This document shows, in pieces, positions 36,242-47,857 of a stretch of 64,000 bases of DNA (position 1 is its first letter; each line of letters begins with the position of its first letter). Position numbers and translations under genes: made by a program. The stretch comes from Deferrisomatales bacterium (lineage in GTDB: Bacteria; Desulfobacterota; Deferrisomatia; Deferrisomatales; JACRMM01), in NCBI GenBank assembly GCA_033551855.1, contig JAWSUI010000017.1:1-64000 (forward strand), in the 5' to 3' direction. The notes under the pieces were generated by a model. It did not search any database and was not told the DNA's origin. It saw only the letters and a program-made list of their open reading frames with translations.

Positions 36242-38011
36242 ATGATTCCCTGCGATCCCAGCCTGCGGGTCCGCCTGCTCGAGGCGGCCCAGGAGCTCGC
36301 CGCTCCCGACCTCCTGATCCGCGGGGCGCGGGTGTGGAGCCCTTTCACCGGCGAAGTGGCGGCGGCCGACATCGCGGTCTGCGGGGACCGGATCGCCAAG
36401 GTGGGGCCCTGGTCGGGGCCGGTGGGGGAGGGGACCCGAATCCTGGAGGCGCCCGGCCAGGTGGCCGTGCCCGGCTACGTGGAACCCCACACCCACCCCT
36501 GGCCCTTCGCAAACCCCCTGAGCCTCGGGGAGGCCGCCGTGTGCCGGGGCACCACCTGCCTGGTCTACGACGATCTCCTCCTGCACCTGGCCCTGGGGCT
36601 CGACGGACTCGAACGCCTGACAGAGGCGATTTCCGCCGCCTCGCTGCCCCACGTCTTCTGGGTGGCGCGCATGGCGTCCCAGTCCCGGTTCGAGGGGGAG
36701 GAGAAGGTCTTCTCCCGGGAGGCCGTGAGCCGGCTCGTGTCGCGTCCCCACTTCCTGGCCACGGGGGAGATGACCCGGTGGACCGACTTCCTGGATCCGC
36801 GCCACACGCCCCGCCTCCTGGAGATCGTGGAGACCGTTCGGGCTCTCGGGAAGTTCTGTGACGGTCACACCGCAGGCGCGAGCTCGCGGCGGCTGCCGGC
36901 GCTCGCCGCCGCGGGGCTGCGCTCGTGCCACGAGGCGATCACTGCCGACGAGGCCTTGGACCGCCTGCGCCAGGGCCTCTGGGTTCTGCTTCGAAACTCG
37001 AGTCTGCGGCTCGATCTGCCGGCCCTCCTGCCGGCGCTCGACCGGACCGGGTTCGCGGACCGGCTCGCCTTCACCACCGACGGTGCCAAGGCCCACCACG
37101 TGGAAGCGGTCGGGCTCACGGACCACCTGGTCCGCGTGGCCTTGGAGGCGGGGGTGCCGGCCTCGAGCGCCTACCGGATGGCCACGCTGAACCCGGCGAC
37201 CTTTCTCCAACTGGACCAGGATCTTGGGGCCATCGCTCCCGGCCGCGTAGCCGATATAAACATTCTGTCTAAATTAGAAGACCCGACCCCTGGATGGGTG
37301 GTGTGCCGAGGCAGGGTCGCGGCCCGGGACGGTGAGCTGTTGCTCCCGGCCCCCAGTGAGGCCTTCGACTGGGAGGGTCTCTACCGGGGAGGGGAGGCGA
37401 AGGCCCCCCGCTGGGGGGCTGAGCTCTTCCTCCTCCCCGAGGGTGCCCCGGACCCCTTCCCGGCGGCCCGACTGGTCAACGCGGTGATCACCCGGGAGGA
37501 GCCCGTACCCCTGGCCCGGCGAGGGGCGGGCCGCTGGCCCCAGGGCGATGACCTCCACGTCCTCGCCCTCACCGACCGTTCGGGCCACTGGGTCACCCGG
37601 GGTGTGGTGGCCGGGCTCGCGCCCGGGCTGCAGGCCTTGGCCGGCAGCTACACCACCAACGGCGGGATCGTCGTCCTGGGCCGGACCCCCGAAGCCATGG
37701 CCGAGGCCCTGGAGTTGCTTGCGGGGCTCGAGGGGGGAGGGGGTCTTGTGGTGATACCGGAGAGCGGGGAGACCGCAGCATTCCCTCTTCCCCTGGCCGG
37801 GATCCAGATGGGCGGAGCGTTCGGCCCGGCGGCCCGTGCCGCGCGGGGGTTCCAGGAGGCCATGGTCGCGTGCGGTTACGACCACTCCGACCCCAACTAC
37901 ACCCTGCTCTTCCTCTCCTGCGACTTCCTGCCCGACCTCCGGGCCACCCAGGCGGGATGGGTCCGGAGCAAGACGGGGGACGTGATCCTCCCGTCACAGA
38001 CGCTGGGGTGA
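36242..38011 (+). CDS. Adenine deaminase-family amidohydrolase
   Basis: PGYVEPHTH, GEM, DGH, CHEA, FTTDG, ATLNPA, GAIAPG..AD, LPLAG. Confidence 0.88.
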   Translation: MIPCDPSLRVRLLEAAQELAAPDLLIRGARVWSPFTGEVAAADIAVCGDRIAKVGPWSGPVGEGTRILEAPGQVAVPGYVEPHTHPWPFANPLSLGEAAVCRGTTCLVYDDLLLHLALGLDGLERLTEAISAASLPHVFWVARMASQSRFEGEEKVFSREAVSRLVSRPHFLATGEMTRWTDFLDPRHTPRLLEIVETVRALGKFCDGHTAGASSRRLPALAAAGLRSCHEAITADEALDRLRQGLWVLLRNSSLRLDLPALLPALDRTGFADRLAFTTDGAKAHHVEAVGLTDHLVRVALEAGVPASSAYRMATLNPATFLQLDQDLGAIAPGRVADINILSKLEDPTPGWVVCRGRVAARDGELLLPAPSEAFDWEGLYRGGEAKAPRWGAELFLLPEGAPDPFPAARLVNAVITREEPVPLARRGAGRWPQGDDLHVLALTDRSGHWVTRGVVAGLAPGLQALAGSYTTNGGIVVLGRTPEAMAEALELLAGLEGGGGLVVIPESGETAAFPLPLAGIQMGGAFGPAARAARGFQEAMVACGYDHSDPNYTLLFLSCDFLPDLRATQAGWVRSKTGDVILPSQTLG

Positions 38012-38012
38012 C

Positions 38013-38576
38013 GTGAGGGGAGCAGGCCCCGCCGGGCGCCGGCGGTCCGCCCGCACGGCGGGGCGGCGGAGGACGGGGGTACGGGCCGGCCTCCTGGGGG
38101 ACGTGGCCCGGCGATACCAGGAGCGGGTGGTCCTGCCCCACTGCGGCCAGTGCCGGCGGCCTTGCTGCGGCCTCGACACCCTGGCCCTGGAGCTCACCTG
38201 GGCCCGTCTCCGGGGGGTGTGGGGTTTGAAGGCCCCCCGGGCTTCATTCGACCGCGCGCTGGCGAGGGGGGAGGGACCGGAGGAGATCCGACCCCAGGAC
38301 GGGCTCTACTACGCCCACGGCCGGGTCTGCCCCGCCTACCGCGGCCGACGCTGCGCCGTCTACGGCACCCCCCTGAAGCCGCCCGGCTGCTCCGAGTTTC
38401 CCGTCTACGAGGACGACGGGGGGCTTCTGGTCGACCTCCGGTGCGAGGCCGTGGATCCGGGCTCCCTCGAGGGGGACTTGGCCCGAGCCCTGGGACCGGG
38501 TTATGCCGTCACCCGCACCGAGGACCCCGCGTTCTCTTTCCTCGTGACCCTGCGGGCCGTGCGCCGTGACGGGTGA
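38013..38576 (+). CDS. Cys-cluster (YkgJ-like) hypothetical protein
   Basis: CGQCRRPCC...CPAY..RRCAVY...PPGCSEFP; start uncertain. Confidence 0.6.
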   Translation: MRGAGPAGRRRSARTAGRRRTGVRAGLLGDVARRYQERVVLPHCGQCRRPCCGLDTLALELTWARLRGVWGLKAPRASFDRALARGEGPEEIRPQDGLYYAHGRVCPAYRGRRCAVYGTPLKPPGCSEFPVYEDDGGLLVDLRCEAVDPGSLEGDLARALGPGYAVTRTEDPAFSFLVTLRAVRRDG

Positions 38577-38630
38577 AAGGTGCGTGTGTAGAATGCCCGG
38601 GTCGTTTTCCATGCTCCCGCGAGGCCCCCA

Positions 38631-39368
38631 GTGATCCCGATTCGCGACACCATCCCGAGCCGGCGCGTTCCATTCGTGATGTACGGCATCATCGCGTGCA
38701 ACGCCCTGGTGTTCTTCTACGAGCTCGGGCTGAGCCCCCGGGAGCTCCACCTTTTTCTGCACCACTACGGGATCGTCCCGGCCCGCTATTCGGACCCGGG
38801 GATCGCGGCGCACTTCAGCCTCGTGGACCAGGCGGTGCCCTTCGTCTCGTCCATGTTCCTCCACGGCGGCTGGCTCCACATCCTGGGCAACATGTGGAGT
38901 CTGTGGATCTTCGGGGACAACGTGGAGGACTGGTTCGGCCACGTGGGGTTTGCGGTGTTCTACGTCCTGTGCGGGGTGGCCTCGGGGCTCCTGCACCTGT
39001 TCTTCAACTGGGCCTCCCCGCTGCCCACCATCGGGGCCTCCGGGGCGGTCGCCGGGGTGATGGGGGCCTACTTCCTCCTCTACCCGCGCGCCCGGATCCT
39101 GACGCTCGTGCCCATCTTCTTCTTCATCACCTTCATCGAGCTCCCGGCCTTCGTATTCCTGGGCCTGTGGTTCCTGCTCCAGTTTCTCAGCGGGACCGCG
39201 GCGGCGGCGTCCGGCGTCGCCGGGGGGATCGCGTGGTGGGCCCACGTGGGTGGGTTCGTCGCCGGTGCGGCCGCGGTGTTTCTGCTCGGCGGCGCCCGTC
39301 CCCGAAAACTTCGAGGCAGGCGGCCCACGATGAAGCCGTTGTGGGACAAGGTGGATCAGTATTGGTGA
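38631..39368 (+). CDS. Rhomboid-family intramembrane serine protease
   Basis: SMFLHGGWLHILGNM, IGASGA, AWWAHVGG. Confidence 0.95.
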   Translation: MIPIRDTIPSRRVPFVMYGIIACNALVFFYELGLSPRELHLFLHHYGIVPARYSDPGIAAHFSLVDQAVPFVSSMFLHGGWLHILGNMWSLWIFGDNVEDWFGHVGFAVFYVLCGVASGLLHLFFNWASPLPTIGASGAVAGVMGAYFLLYPRARILTLVPIFFFITFIELPAFVFLGLWFLLQFLSGTAAAASGVAGGIAWWAHVGGFVAGAAAVFLLGGARPRKLRGRRPTMKPLWDKVDQYW

Positions 39369-40729
39369 GCGGGGGTGAGGATACCGCCCGGCTCCTGGTG
39401 TGCGACCGCCGGGGGCGGATCGTAGAACGGCCCGGCCTCGGTCTCGCCGGTCAGGTGGGCACCCGGTGGGTGCCGGTCCCGGAGGAGGACCTGGCGCCCG
39501 TCCCGGAGGGGACCAAGGTCTTCTTCCTGCCCGAGAGCCGGGCGGTGGGGTGGGACGCCGCCTCCGACCGTCCCCGGGTCGTCCCGGGCGCCCGCGCGGT
39601 GGCCGCCATGCTCCAGGCCGGGTACACGCGCACCCATCTGCCGGCCGCCTCCTACGCCCCGGCGGGCCCTCCCCGTTACGGCTGCCACGGGTACCTGCCT
39701 TTGTGGGCGTACGCGGCCGTGGGGTGGAGGCACGGCCGCATGGTCGCCGCGGCCTTCCGCGTGGACCCCATGGACCACTCGGAGACCTGCCACTACGACG
39801 ACCGGGAGATCGCGCCCCGCGTGGCGGAGCGGGTTGCGGCCTTGGGTGGCAACCGCCTGGTCCGGCACCTTTCCCGCTGCGCCCTCGAGTACCACTGCTT
39901 TGCCGCCAAGAACTGGTTCATGGGGCGCTGGGAGGCTCCCCTTCCCACGGCCCCTGCGTGCAACGCGCGCTGCGTGGGGTGCATCAGCCTCCAGCCCGCC
40001 GACTGTTGCCCCGCGTCTCAAGACCGCATCGCCTTCGTGCCCTCGGTGGAGGAGCTGTGCGAGGTGGCGGTGCCGCACCTCGAGCAGGTGCCCCGGGCCA
40101 TCGTGAGCTTCGGACAGGGGTGCGAGGGGGAGCCCCTCCTGGTGCAGGAGTCGCTGGAGGCTTCCGTAGGGGCTTTCCGGGCGCGAACCGGCCGGGGGAC
40201 GATCCACCTCAACACCAACGGGAGCCTCCCGGGGGCCCTCCGGGCGGTGGCCAGGGCCGGGCTCGACTCCGCGCGGATCAGTCTCAACTCCGCCCGGGCT
40301 GAGACCTACCTTGCCTACTACCGCCCCGTCGGGTACCGGTTCGAGGACGTGGTGGAGTCGGTGCGCGTGGCCGTCGGCGAGGGGCTCTACACTGCCTTGA
40401 ACCTCCTCGTGTTTCCCGGAGTGACCGACCAGCCTGGGGAGGCGGACGCGCTGGAGCGGCTCGTCGAGGAAACCGGCCTCCACATGGTTCACCTCCGGAA
40501 CCTCTCCATCGACCCGCGGCTGTACCTGGAGCACCTGCCCCCTGCCGTGCGCGAGGGCAGGGGGGCCCTGGGGCTGCGCAGCCTGGCCGTGCGCCTCAAG
40601 CGCCGCTTCCCCCGGCTGGACCTCGGCTACTTCAACCGCCCCCGGGAGGACTTCGGCAGCCCCCTGGTGGACGAGCTGGGATGGGCCCGGGAGGCCCTGG
40701 CGGCCCAGCCGGCGGGGGGGGAGCCGTGA
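39365..40729 (+). CDS. Radical SAM protein
   Basis: CNARCVGCIS, SFGQGCEGEP, NTNGS; GTGA overlap with the rhomboid gene. Confidence 0.9.
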   Translation: MSGGEDTARLLVCDRRGRIVERPGLGLAGQVGTRWVPVPEEDLAPVPEGTKVFFLPESRAVGWDAASDRPRVVPGARAVAAMLQAGYTRTHLPAASYAPAGPPRYGCHGYLPLWAYAAVGWRHGRMVAAAFRVDPMDHSETCHYDDREIAPRVAERVAALGGNRLVRHLSRCALEYHCFAAKNWFMGRWEAPLPTAPACNARCVGCISLQPADCCPASQDRIAFVPSVEELCEVAVPHLEQVPRAIVSFGQGCEGEPLLVQESLEASVGAFRARTGRGTIHLNTNGSLPGALRAVARAGLDSARISLNSARAETYLAYYRPVGYRFEDVVESVRVAVGEGLYTALNLLVFPGVTDQPGEADALERLVEETGLHMVHLRNLSIDPRLYLEHLPPAVREGRGALGLRSLAVRLKRRFPRLDLGYFNRPREDFGSPLVDELGWAREALAAQPAGGEP

Positions 40730-41574
40730 TGCGCGGCGCCTTGAAGGTCCTGGCCTACGGGTGCCTGGGCTACGGCCTCCTGGTGGCCCTGGTCTGGTGG
40801 TTCCAGAGGAAGATCATCTACTTCCCCATGGGCACGCCTCCAGCGGCTGCCCAAGTCCTCCCCGGAGCGGGGGACGTGGGCATCGCGACCCGGGACGGCC
40901 TCACCCTCGGGGCGTGGTTCGTCCCTGCGCGGGGGGGAGCCCCCAAGGCGGCGGTGCTCGTGTGCAACGGCAACGCCGGGAACCGGTCCCATCGAGCCTC
41001 CCTGGCCGAGGCTCTGGCCCGCCGGGGGTACGCGGTGCTGCTCTTCGACTACCGGGGCTTCGGGGGGAACGGGGGTACGCCGTCGGAAGCGGGGCTCCTG
41101 GAGGACGTCCGGGCCGCCCGAGCTCGCCTCGAGGAGCTCGCCGGCGGGGCCCCACTGGTGCTCTTCGGGGAGTCCCTGGGGTCGGCGGTGGCCCTCGCCG
41201 AGGCCGTGGAGCGCCCTCCGGCGGCCCTCGTGCTCCGCTCGCCCTTCTCGTCCCTGACGGCCCTGGGCCGCCTCCACTACCCCTTCTTTCCCGTCGGGTG
41301 GCTCCTGCGGGACCGCTACCCGTCGCTGGCGCGGGTGGCGCGGCTGGCGAGCCCCCTCTTCGTCGCCGCCGGGGAGAGGGACCGCATCGTCCCCCTCTCC
41401 GAGAGCCGGACGCTCTTCGAGGCGGCCCCGGTGACCGAGAAGCGTCTCCTGGTCCTTGCCCGGGCAGATCACAACGACTTCGAGCTCCTGGCCGGGCAGC
41501 GGCTCCTCGACGAGCTCGACCGGTTCCTGGAAGAGGTCCTCGAGGCCACGGCGGTCCGGTCCGGGGACGGCTGA
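40729..41574 (+). CDS. Alpha/beta hydrolase
   Basis: GNAGN, DYRGFG, GESLG, D and ADHND. Confidence 0.92.
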   Translation: MRGALKVLAYGCLGYGLLVALVWWFQRKIIYFPMGTPPAAAQVLPGAGDVGIATRDGLTLGAWFVPARGGAPKAAVLVCNGNAGNRSHRASLAEALARRGYAVLLFDYRGFGGNGGTPSEAGLLEDVRAARARLEELAGGAPLVLFGESLGSAVALAEAVERPPAALVLRSPFSSLTALGRLHYPFFPVGWLLRDRYPSLARVARLASPLFVAAGERDRIVPLSESRTLFEAAPVTEKRLLVLARADHNDFELLAGQRLLDELDRFLEEVLEATAVRSGDG

Positions 41575-41632
41575 CGAGGGCCGCTCCGGCACGAGGGGCC
41601 GCCCCGACGGCCCGGGAAAGGGACGGGCGCGA

Positions 41633-42463
41633 ATGGATTCCCACCCCTGGCTGTTCGCCTTCGGGCTCACGGTGTTTGCCGGTCTCGCCACGGGCATCGG
41701 CAGCGCCTTGGCGTTCTTCGCCCGGACGACGAATACGCGGTTCCTCTCCCTGGCTCTGGGGTTCTCCGCCGGCGTGATGGTGTACGTGTCCTTCGTCGAG
41801 ATCTTTCCCAAGGCGGAGGAGGCGCTCACCGCCGGGCTGGGGGAGGTGTGGGGGGGCTGGGTGACCGTGGGGGCGTTCTTCGGGGGGATCGCGCTGATCG
41901 GGGTGATCGACCGGTTGGTCCCCAAGTACGAGAACCCCCACGAGATGCACGCGATCGAGGAGATGGAGCAGCGCCTCGAGGCGCTGCCGCGCGACGAGGC
42001 CCACGACTTCGCAAAGCTCCGCCGGATGGGAATCCTCACTGCCCTGGCCATCGCCGTCCACAACTTTCCGGAGGGGTTGGCCACCTTCACGGCCGCGCTG
42101 ACCGATCCGGCTCTCGGCGTCGCCATCGCCGTCGCCGTCGCCATCCACAACATCCCGGAAGGGATCGCGATCTCCGTGCCGATCTACTTCGCGACCCGGA
42201 GCCGCCGGAAGGCGTTCGTGCTCTCCTTCCTCTCCGGCCTCGCCGAGCCCGTGGGGGCCGTCGCGGGGTACCTGCTGCTTCTGCCGTTCCTCGGCCCGGC
42301 GACTTTGGGAGTGGCCTTCGCGGGGGTGGCGGGGATCATGGTCTTCATCTCCCTGGACCAGCTCCTACCCGCGGCCCAGGAGTTCGGGGAGCACCACCTC
42401 TCGATCACCGGCTTCGTGGTCGGGATGGCGGTGATGGGGCTGAGCCTCCTGCTCCTGGGGTAG
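41633..42463 (+). CDS. zupT: ZIP-family zinc transporter ZupT
   Basis: [24 protein letters not shown]. Confidence 0.95.
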   Translation: MDSHPWLFAFGLTVFAGLATGIGSALAFFARTTNTRFLSLALGFSAGVMVYVSFVEIFPKAEEALTAGLGEVWGGWVTVGAFFGGIALIGVIDRLVPKYENPHEMHAIEEMEQRLEALPRDEAHDFAKLRRMGILTALAIAVHNFPEGLATFTAALTDPALGVAIAVAVAIHNIPEGIAISVPIYFATRSRRKAFVLSFLSGLAEPVGAVAGYLLLLPFLGPATLGVAFAGVAGIMVFISLDQLLPAAQEFGEHHLSITGFVVGMAVMGLSLLLLG

Positions 42464-42495
42464 GCAGGCCGGGCCCGGACATCCCCTGGAAAAAA

Positions 42496-42704
42496 GGTTC
42501 GTCCGGGGGATGACCGGGTACTGGTGTCAAGGGACGATCGGGTGGGCCCGACCACGGAGGCGGACGGCCGCTCGACGGGAGCAGCCGCTTCGGGAGCCGC
42601 GGTGTCGCGAGGATTCCGGATGCGGCGCGGGAGCGCACCGACCGTGCAGCCCGGCATCGTCTGCCGGAGTGGGCGGGCCCACCCGATCGTTTGCCGGAAG
42701 AACC
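42496..42704 (+). repeat. MITE-like repeat family B, copy 1 (209 bp)
   Basis: GGTTC...GAACC ends; internal IR ACGATCGGGTGGGCCCG / CGGGCCCACCCGATCGT; inverted copy at 57443-57651. Confidence 0.9.
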
Positions 42705-42807
42705 CAAGAAGCTCCCCCCTCCCTGGCTCTCCGGGATCTCGGCAGGGCGGGGCTTGCCCCGCCGGCCTTCGCTTCATCCCCCAGGGTGACCGAAGGTCAC
42801 CGGCAAC

Positions 42808-43098
42808 TCAGGAAACGTCGTCGTAGGCCACGAGGACCACGTCTGCGGCGGCGTCGCGGACCGGGATCAGGGCCTGGTAGGCGGCGGAACCGTACCACGC
42901 CCGCACCGCCCCCTGGTCGGGAAAGCGAAGCACCACGACGAGATCGTGGCCGAGCTCCCCGGAGAGGACCGCGGCCTTCCGGCCCCGGAACACCACCTCG
43001 CCCCCGAACGGGGCCAGCGTGCCCGGAACCTGCCCGACGTACTCCTTCCAGAGCTCCGGGTCGCGGACCCGGATGTGGCCTACGAGATGCGCGGACAT
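42808..43098 (-). CDS. DUF1330 protein
   Basis: FGGEVVFRG...VVLRFPD...WYGSAAYQ. Confidence 0.9.
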   Translation of the reverse strand: MSAHLVGHIRVRDPELWKEYVGQVPGTLAPFGGEVVFRGRKAAVLSGELGHDLVVVLRFPDQGAVRAWYGSAAYQALIPVRDAAADVVLVAYDDVS

Positions 43099-43123
43099 GG
43101 CACCTCCGAAAACCGCGAGTCGC

Positions 43124-43534
43124 CTACGCCCCTCCCACCCGGTCCGGGGTGTCCAGCCCCTCCAGTCCCCTGCACGGTCCCAGGATCTCCCGCAGGACCA
43201 CGCCCCTGCGAGCCTCGTGCCGGGTGAGGAGGGGCCGCCTCCGCCCGGGCCCCCGGGCCGTCTCCGCCGCCGGCCCAGGAGCCATTGCGGTCCTGGGCGG
43301 CGCCGGGGCAGGGCGGCGCGGGGGCGCCGGAACCTCAACCGGGGGAGGGGCCGCCGGCTCGGGAAAGGGCTCCGCCTCCCGGGGCCACGGCCAGGGGAAC
43401 CCCTCTTCCTTCATCTCCGGCGGGAGCTCCTGCGGCGCGCGCTCCTCCATGCGCTTCCGAAGGATCCGCATCAGGTGGCTACCCAGCGCGAAGACCAGGA
43501 AGACCAGTAGGAGGAAGAGCTGCTCCATCGCCAT
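43124..43534 (-). CDS. Small membrane-anchored protein of the nfeD-floA operon (YqfB-like)
   Basis: N-terminal TM, Pro-rich linker, RRGVVLREILGP. Confidence 0.75.
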   Translation of the reverse strand: MAMEQLFLLLVFLVFALGSHLMRILRKRMEERAPQELPPEMKEEGFPWPWPREAEPFPEPAAPPPVEVPAPPRRPAPAPPRTAMAPGPAAETARGPGRRRPLLTRHEARRGVVLREILGPCRGLEGLDTPDRVGGA

Positions 43535-43540
43535 GCGCCC

Positions 43541-44530
43541 CTATCTCTTCTTCGTCGGGGGCTGGGGCTGGGAGTCGGGCTCGGTGCCGGCGATGGACTC
43601 CCTCATGGTGGTGTCGGCCTGGACGTTCTTCAGGCGGTAGTAGTCCATGATCCCCAGGTTGCCCTGGCGGAAGGCCTCGGCGATGGCCTTGGGCACCTCG
43701 GCCTCGGCCTCGACCACCCGGGCGCGCATCTCCTGCTCCAGGGCCACCGCCATGGCGCGGCGCTCCTCGGCCTTGGCCTGGGCGATCTGCTTGTCGGCGT
43801 TGGCCTGGTCGATCTGGAGCTTGGCGCCGATGTTCTCGCCGACGTCCACGTCGGCGATGTCGATGGAGAGGATCTCGAAAGCCGTGCCGGCGTCGAGGCC
43901 GCGGGTCAGGATGTTCTTGGAGATGTGGTCCGGGTTCTCGAGCACGTCCTTGTGGCTTCCGGCCGAGCCGATGGTGCTCACCATGCCCTCGCCCACCCGG
44001 GCGATGATGGTCTCCTCGCCGGCGCCGCCGACGAGCCGGTCGAGGTTCGTCCGCACGGTCACCCGGGAGACGGCGATGAGCTGGATGCCGTCTTTCGCCA
44101 CGGCCGCCACCCGGGCGGTCTCGATGACCTTGGGGATGACCGACATCTTCACGGCCTCGAGCACGTCGCGGCCGGCGAGGTCGATGGCCGCCGCCCGGTT
44201 GAAGGGCAGGGCGATGTTGGCCTTGTCCGCCGAGATGAGGGCGTTCACGACGCGGGTGACGTTGCCTCCCGCCAGATAGTGGGCCTCCAGTTCGTTGATC
44301 GAGATTTGGAGCCCGGCCTTGACGGCGCTGATCCGGCCGGTGACCACCACCGAGGGCGGGACCCGCCGGAACCGCATCCCCACGAGGGTGAAGAGGCCCA
44401 CATAGGCGCCGGAGGACCACGCCGCGAGCCAGAGGGGCACGGGAATCAGGTAGAGGAAGAAGGCGATGGCCGCTAGGACCAGAATAAGGAGACCGATGGT
44501 CCCCAAGGCGCCCGTGTCGACCGCAATCAT
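43541..44530 (-). CDS. floA: Flotillin-like protein FloA (YqfA)
   Basis: [47 protein letters not shown]. Confidence 0.95.
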   Translation of the reverse strand: MIAVDTGALGTIGLLILVLAAIAFFLYLIPVPLWLAAWSSGAYVGLFTLVGMRFRRVPPSVVVTGRISAVKAGLQISINELEAHYLAGGNVTRVVNALISADKANIALPFNRAAAIDLAGRDVLEAVKMSVIPKVIETARVAAVAKDGIQLIAVSRVTVRTNLDRLVGGAGEETIIARVGEGMVSTIGSAGSHKDVLENPDHISKNILTRGLDAGTAFEILSIDIADVDVGENIGAKLQIDQANADKQIAQAKAEERRAMAVALEQEMRARVVEAEAEVPKAIAEAFRQGNLGIMDYYRLKNVQADTTMRESIAGTEPDSQPQPPTKKR

Positions 44531-45978
44531 GTCTTGCTCCCTTCCTTCGGGGGCCGAAGCCTGCGCACAACGACCCGGTTTCCTTCCACGCGGACCACCT
44601 CGATGGGTTGGCCCGCATCAATGAGCTCGCCTTGGGATACCACATCCACCCGCTCACCGTCGATCTCGGCGATGCCCGCGGGCCGGAGGGGCGAGAGGCT
44701 CACCCCCTGTTTGCCGAGCCAGTGGCGGTCTGCCTCCGGGGCCGAGCCGAAGCCGGCATTGACCGGGAGCTCGGTGTCCAGCACCAGCCGGCGGCCCAGC
44801 GGCAGCTTGGGGAAGACCCGCAGCAGCACCAGAGATGCGCCGATGGCGAGGAGCAGGGAGACCGCCACCCGGCCCGCCGCCGCCACCACCGCGTTCCAGG
44901 TCGCTCCCGCCCCCACCAGCGTGAGCCCCAGGCCGGCCACCAGGGCGACGATGCCCAGGACCCCCGCCACCCCGAAGCCGGGCAGCACGAAGACCTCCAG
45001 CACCAGCAGCGCGATCCCCAGCGCCGCCAGAAGGAGCTCCTCCCACCCCGCGAGCTGCACCAGCCAATGGCCCCAGAAGAAGAGGGCGAGGGACGCGATG
45101 CCCACCGCTCCCGGCACGCCGAAGCCGGGGGTGCGGATCTCCAGCAGGATCCCGAGGATCCCGAGGCTCATGAGGAGGGAGCTGACCACCGGGTGGGTGA
45201 GGAACCGCACCAGGTTCTCCGCCCAAGTGGGGGAGGGGCGGCGCACCTCGGCCCCGGTGAGCTCCAAGTGGGCCAGGAGAGCCCCCAGACTGTCGGCGCG
45301 GGCGTCCGCGACGCCGTGGACCAGGGCCTCCTCCGTGGTCAGGGTGAGCAGTTTCCCGGCCTCCACGAGGTCGGGCACCTCCACGTCCGCGTCCACCATG
45401 GCCTCGGCGATGAGCGGCGGCCTGCCCCGGCTCTCGGCCGTGGCCCGAAACTCCTTGCGCACGTAAGAGACGGTCTTCTCCCCGACCGGCTGGGCCTCGG
45501 CGCCCGGGGCCCCGACCGCCACCGGGGTCGCCGCGCCGATGGTCGAGCCCCCCGCCATGACGATCTTCTCCGCCGCCAGGGCGATGAGGGCCCCGGCCGA
45601 GATGGCCCGGTGGTTGATGAAGGCCACGGTGGGGATGCGCGCCTCGAGCAGGGCGTCGCGGATCAGGACGGCGGCGTCGAGCCGGCCCCCGAAGGTGTTG
45701 ATCTCGAGGACCAGGGCCGAGGCCTCCCGGTCGGTGGCTTCCGTCAGTACCCGGCTCACGAAGGGCGCCAGCCCCAAGTCGATGATCCCCTCGATTTGGG
45801 CGACGTAGACAACCGGCCTTTCGGGGGCCGCCTCCGGGGCATCCCCGACGGCCCGGGAACCGCCGATGAGGGCCAGGGCAATCCCCAGGAGGAGCGCCCC
45901 GGCGGATGCCCGGCGGACGGGTTTCCGCCTTCTCCCCCCAACACTGCGGACGGGCTCCGCTGCCTGCGGCTCGCTCAC
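44527..45978 (-). CDS. nfeD: NfeD (long form) membrane-bound serine protease
   Basis: INTFGG, AISAGA, EKTVSY, TM block, C-terminal LRPAG OB domain. Confidence 0.92.
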   Translation of the reverse strand: MSEPQAAEPVRSVGGRRRKPVRRASAGALLLGIALALIGGSRAVGDAPEAAPERPVVYVAQIEGIIDLGLAPFVSRVLTEATDREASALVLEINTFGGRLDAAVLIRDALLEARIPTVAFINHRAISAGALIALAAEKIVMAGGSTIGAATPVAVGAPGAEAQPVGEKTVSYVRKEFRATAESRGRPPLIAEAMVDADVEVPDLVEAGKLLTLTTEEALVHGVADARADSLGALLAHLELTGAEVRRPSPTWAENLVRFLTHPVVSSLLMSLGILGILLEIRTPGFGVPGAVGIASLALFFWGHWLVQLAGWEELLLAALGIALLVLEVFVLPGFGVAGVLGIVALVAGLGLTLVGAGATWNAVVAAAGRVAVSLLLAIGASLVLLRVFPKLPLGRRLVLDTELPVNAGFGSAPEADRHWLGKQGVSLSPLRPAGIAEIDGERVDVVSQGELIDAGQPIEVVRVEGNRVVVRRLRPPKEGSKT

Positions 45979-46333
45979 GTCGGATCCTTCCCCTGCAGTC
46001 GTGGAAATCCTGAGGTCTGCAACGACAGTCCCTTCCGTGTCTCAGCCGGGTCGGGGCCGGGCCGTTGGAGGGGTGGCCAACGACGCAATTTTGTCACGGG
46101 ATTCCACGCTAAGCAACTGGGCGCCCGCCCGACCGTGGTGGATCCTCGGGCCCGGGGCGAACCGGGGGAAGGGGGCGACACGCCTCCCGTGGGCGAGGAG
46201 CGGGCCGCAGACGCTCAGGCCCCAGACAGTTGGGGCCAGGTCTTGTAGTTTTGTGTATATGTGTTTTGTGGCGGATAAATGTTTTCTTGATGAAAGACAC
46301 GCTGGAGTGTAGCGGCACAGTGCCGGGCCGCCT

Positions 46334-47827
46334 TCATGCGAGCTCGGCAGCGTTCCGACCCGTCCGGCGGTCGTGCCGGAGGTGAACCGACCTTCCCACT
46401 TGGTGCCGCTCGGTGAGCTCCTGGAAAACGGTGGGGTCCGCCGGGGGGCGGGCAACGAACCGGAGGCCCTTGTCCGTCCTCCCGTAGAGGACCCCGTACC
46501 CCGGGGAGCCGTCCCTGCCGTGGACGATGGTGTAGGTCTCGATCGTCCCCGTTCCCGTGGGCTCGGGCGCCACGGGCACGGGTTGGGCGCCCGTCGGGGG
46601 CGCCAGCGCGTCCTCGGTGTCCTGGGCCCCGGGGTCCGTGTCCCCCGGCGTCGCCCCGTAGAGACCCGCGGCGTGCTTGTGGAGGAACCAGCCGAGGGCG
46701 GTGACCATCCCGTTCTCGCGCGCACCCGCCGCGATCGCCTCGCACAGGGTGGCGATGGCGTGCAGGCTGTAGTTGTTTCCCGGCCCCCCGAAGAACCCCA
46801 GCCCCCCCGTCAGGGTCAGGGGGCGGGGGTCGCCGCCCGAGAGGCGGAGCATCTTCCGGGCGATGGTCACCGAGGAGGGAAAGCAGCTGTAGAGGTCGAA
46901 ACACTCCACCTCGCCGACCTCCATCCCGGCCCGGCGCAAGGCCCTCTCGGCCGCGGCCGCCAGCGCCGTGCTGCCTGTGAAGCTCGACTTCTCCACCAGA
47001 AAGCGCTGTCGGTCCACGGTCCGGCTGCCGGCCAGGAAGTAGACCGGGCGCCGCCCGCCCGAATCGGGGCGGGCCCCTCCCTCCTCGGCCGCGAGGAGGA
47101 CGGCGGCACCCAGGTCCACGCTCACCAGGGAGGTGAGGAACTTCGTGTAGGGAAAGGCGATGGGCCGGTTGGTCCCTGTAGGGGTGACAATCTCTTCCGC
47201 GGTGCGCGGGGTGCGGGTCCAGGCGTTCGGGTGGGAGGCCGCCACCCGGCTGAAGGATGCCCACAGGTCCCCCAGCTGCCGCAGGTAGCTGTCCCGGTCC
47301 TGTCCCGACTCCGCCCAAAGGGCCGTCTCGAACAGGGGGAACCCGTGGACCGGGAGCCGAATCCCGTGACGCTCCTCCAGGGGGGTGGCCCCGACGCGGT
47401 CGTCGTCCCCCGCGTCCTCCGGAAGCCCCTGGAAGAGCTGGCTCTCGCCGGCGGGTCGGCCGCGCCGCGGGTAGTAGGCTTCCGCCCCGGCCACCAGGAC
47501 CCTGTCCAGCTCTCCCCGGGCAATCATCCCGGCGGCCTGGCTGACGAGAGCCTGGGGGGAGTTGCCGCCGATCCCGGACACCCGGGTGCAGCGGGGCGAC
47601 GCCCCGAGCGCTCGCGCCAATTGGGCGGCTGCGTCCGGATAGGAGCGGCTCATGGGCTTCACCACCACCACGGCGTCCAAGCGCCTCAGGGCGTCCCGGG
47701 AGCCCGAGACGTCCGCCGCCCGGCGGGCCGCCTCGGCCATCAGCCCCAGGGGGTCCAGGAGCCCCTCGGTCTGCTCCTTTCGCTGGGTCACCTGCCCCCA
47801 GCCCGTGACCCGGACCCTGCGCTTCAT
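46334..47827 (-). CDS. Thiolase-like protein (acetyl-CoA acetyltransferase family)
   Basis: GGNSPQ, FPYTK, DLYSCFP, TLTGGLGFFGGPGNNY. Confidence 0.88.
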   Translation of the reverse strand: MKRRVRVTGWGQVTQRKEQTEGLLDPLGLMAEAARRAADVSGSRDALRRLDAVVVVKPMSRSYPDAAAQLARALGASPRCTRVSGIGGNSPQALVSQAAGMIARGELDRVLVAGAEAYYPRRGRPAGESQLFQGLPEDAGDDDRVGATPLEERHGIRLPVHGFPLFETALWAESGQDRDSYLRQLGDLWASFSRVAASHPNAWTRTPRTAEEIVTPTGTNRPIAFPYTKFLTSLVSVDLGAAVLLAAEEGGARPDSGGRRPVYFLAGSRTVDRQRFLVEKSSFTGSTALAAAAERALRRAGMEVGEVECFDLYSCFPSSVTIARKMLRLSGGDPRPLTLTGGLGFFGGPGNNYSLHAIATLCEAIAAGARENGMVTALGWFLHKHAAGLYGATPGDTDPGAQDTEDALAPPTGAQPVPVAPEPTGTGTIETYTIVHGRDGSPGYGVLYGRTDKGLRFVARPPADPTVFQELTERHQVGRSVHLRHDRRTGRNAAELA

Positions 47828-47857
47828 CGCTCGGCCGCCTCGCCCCGTGCCTCGGGG

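Noticed and set aside
46060..46300. AT-rich patch and possible sigma54 promoter upstream of nfeD
   Set aside because: Only a weak GG-N10-GC match; no specific site can be supported.
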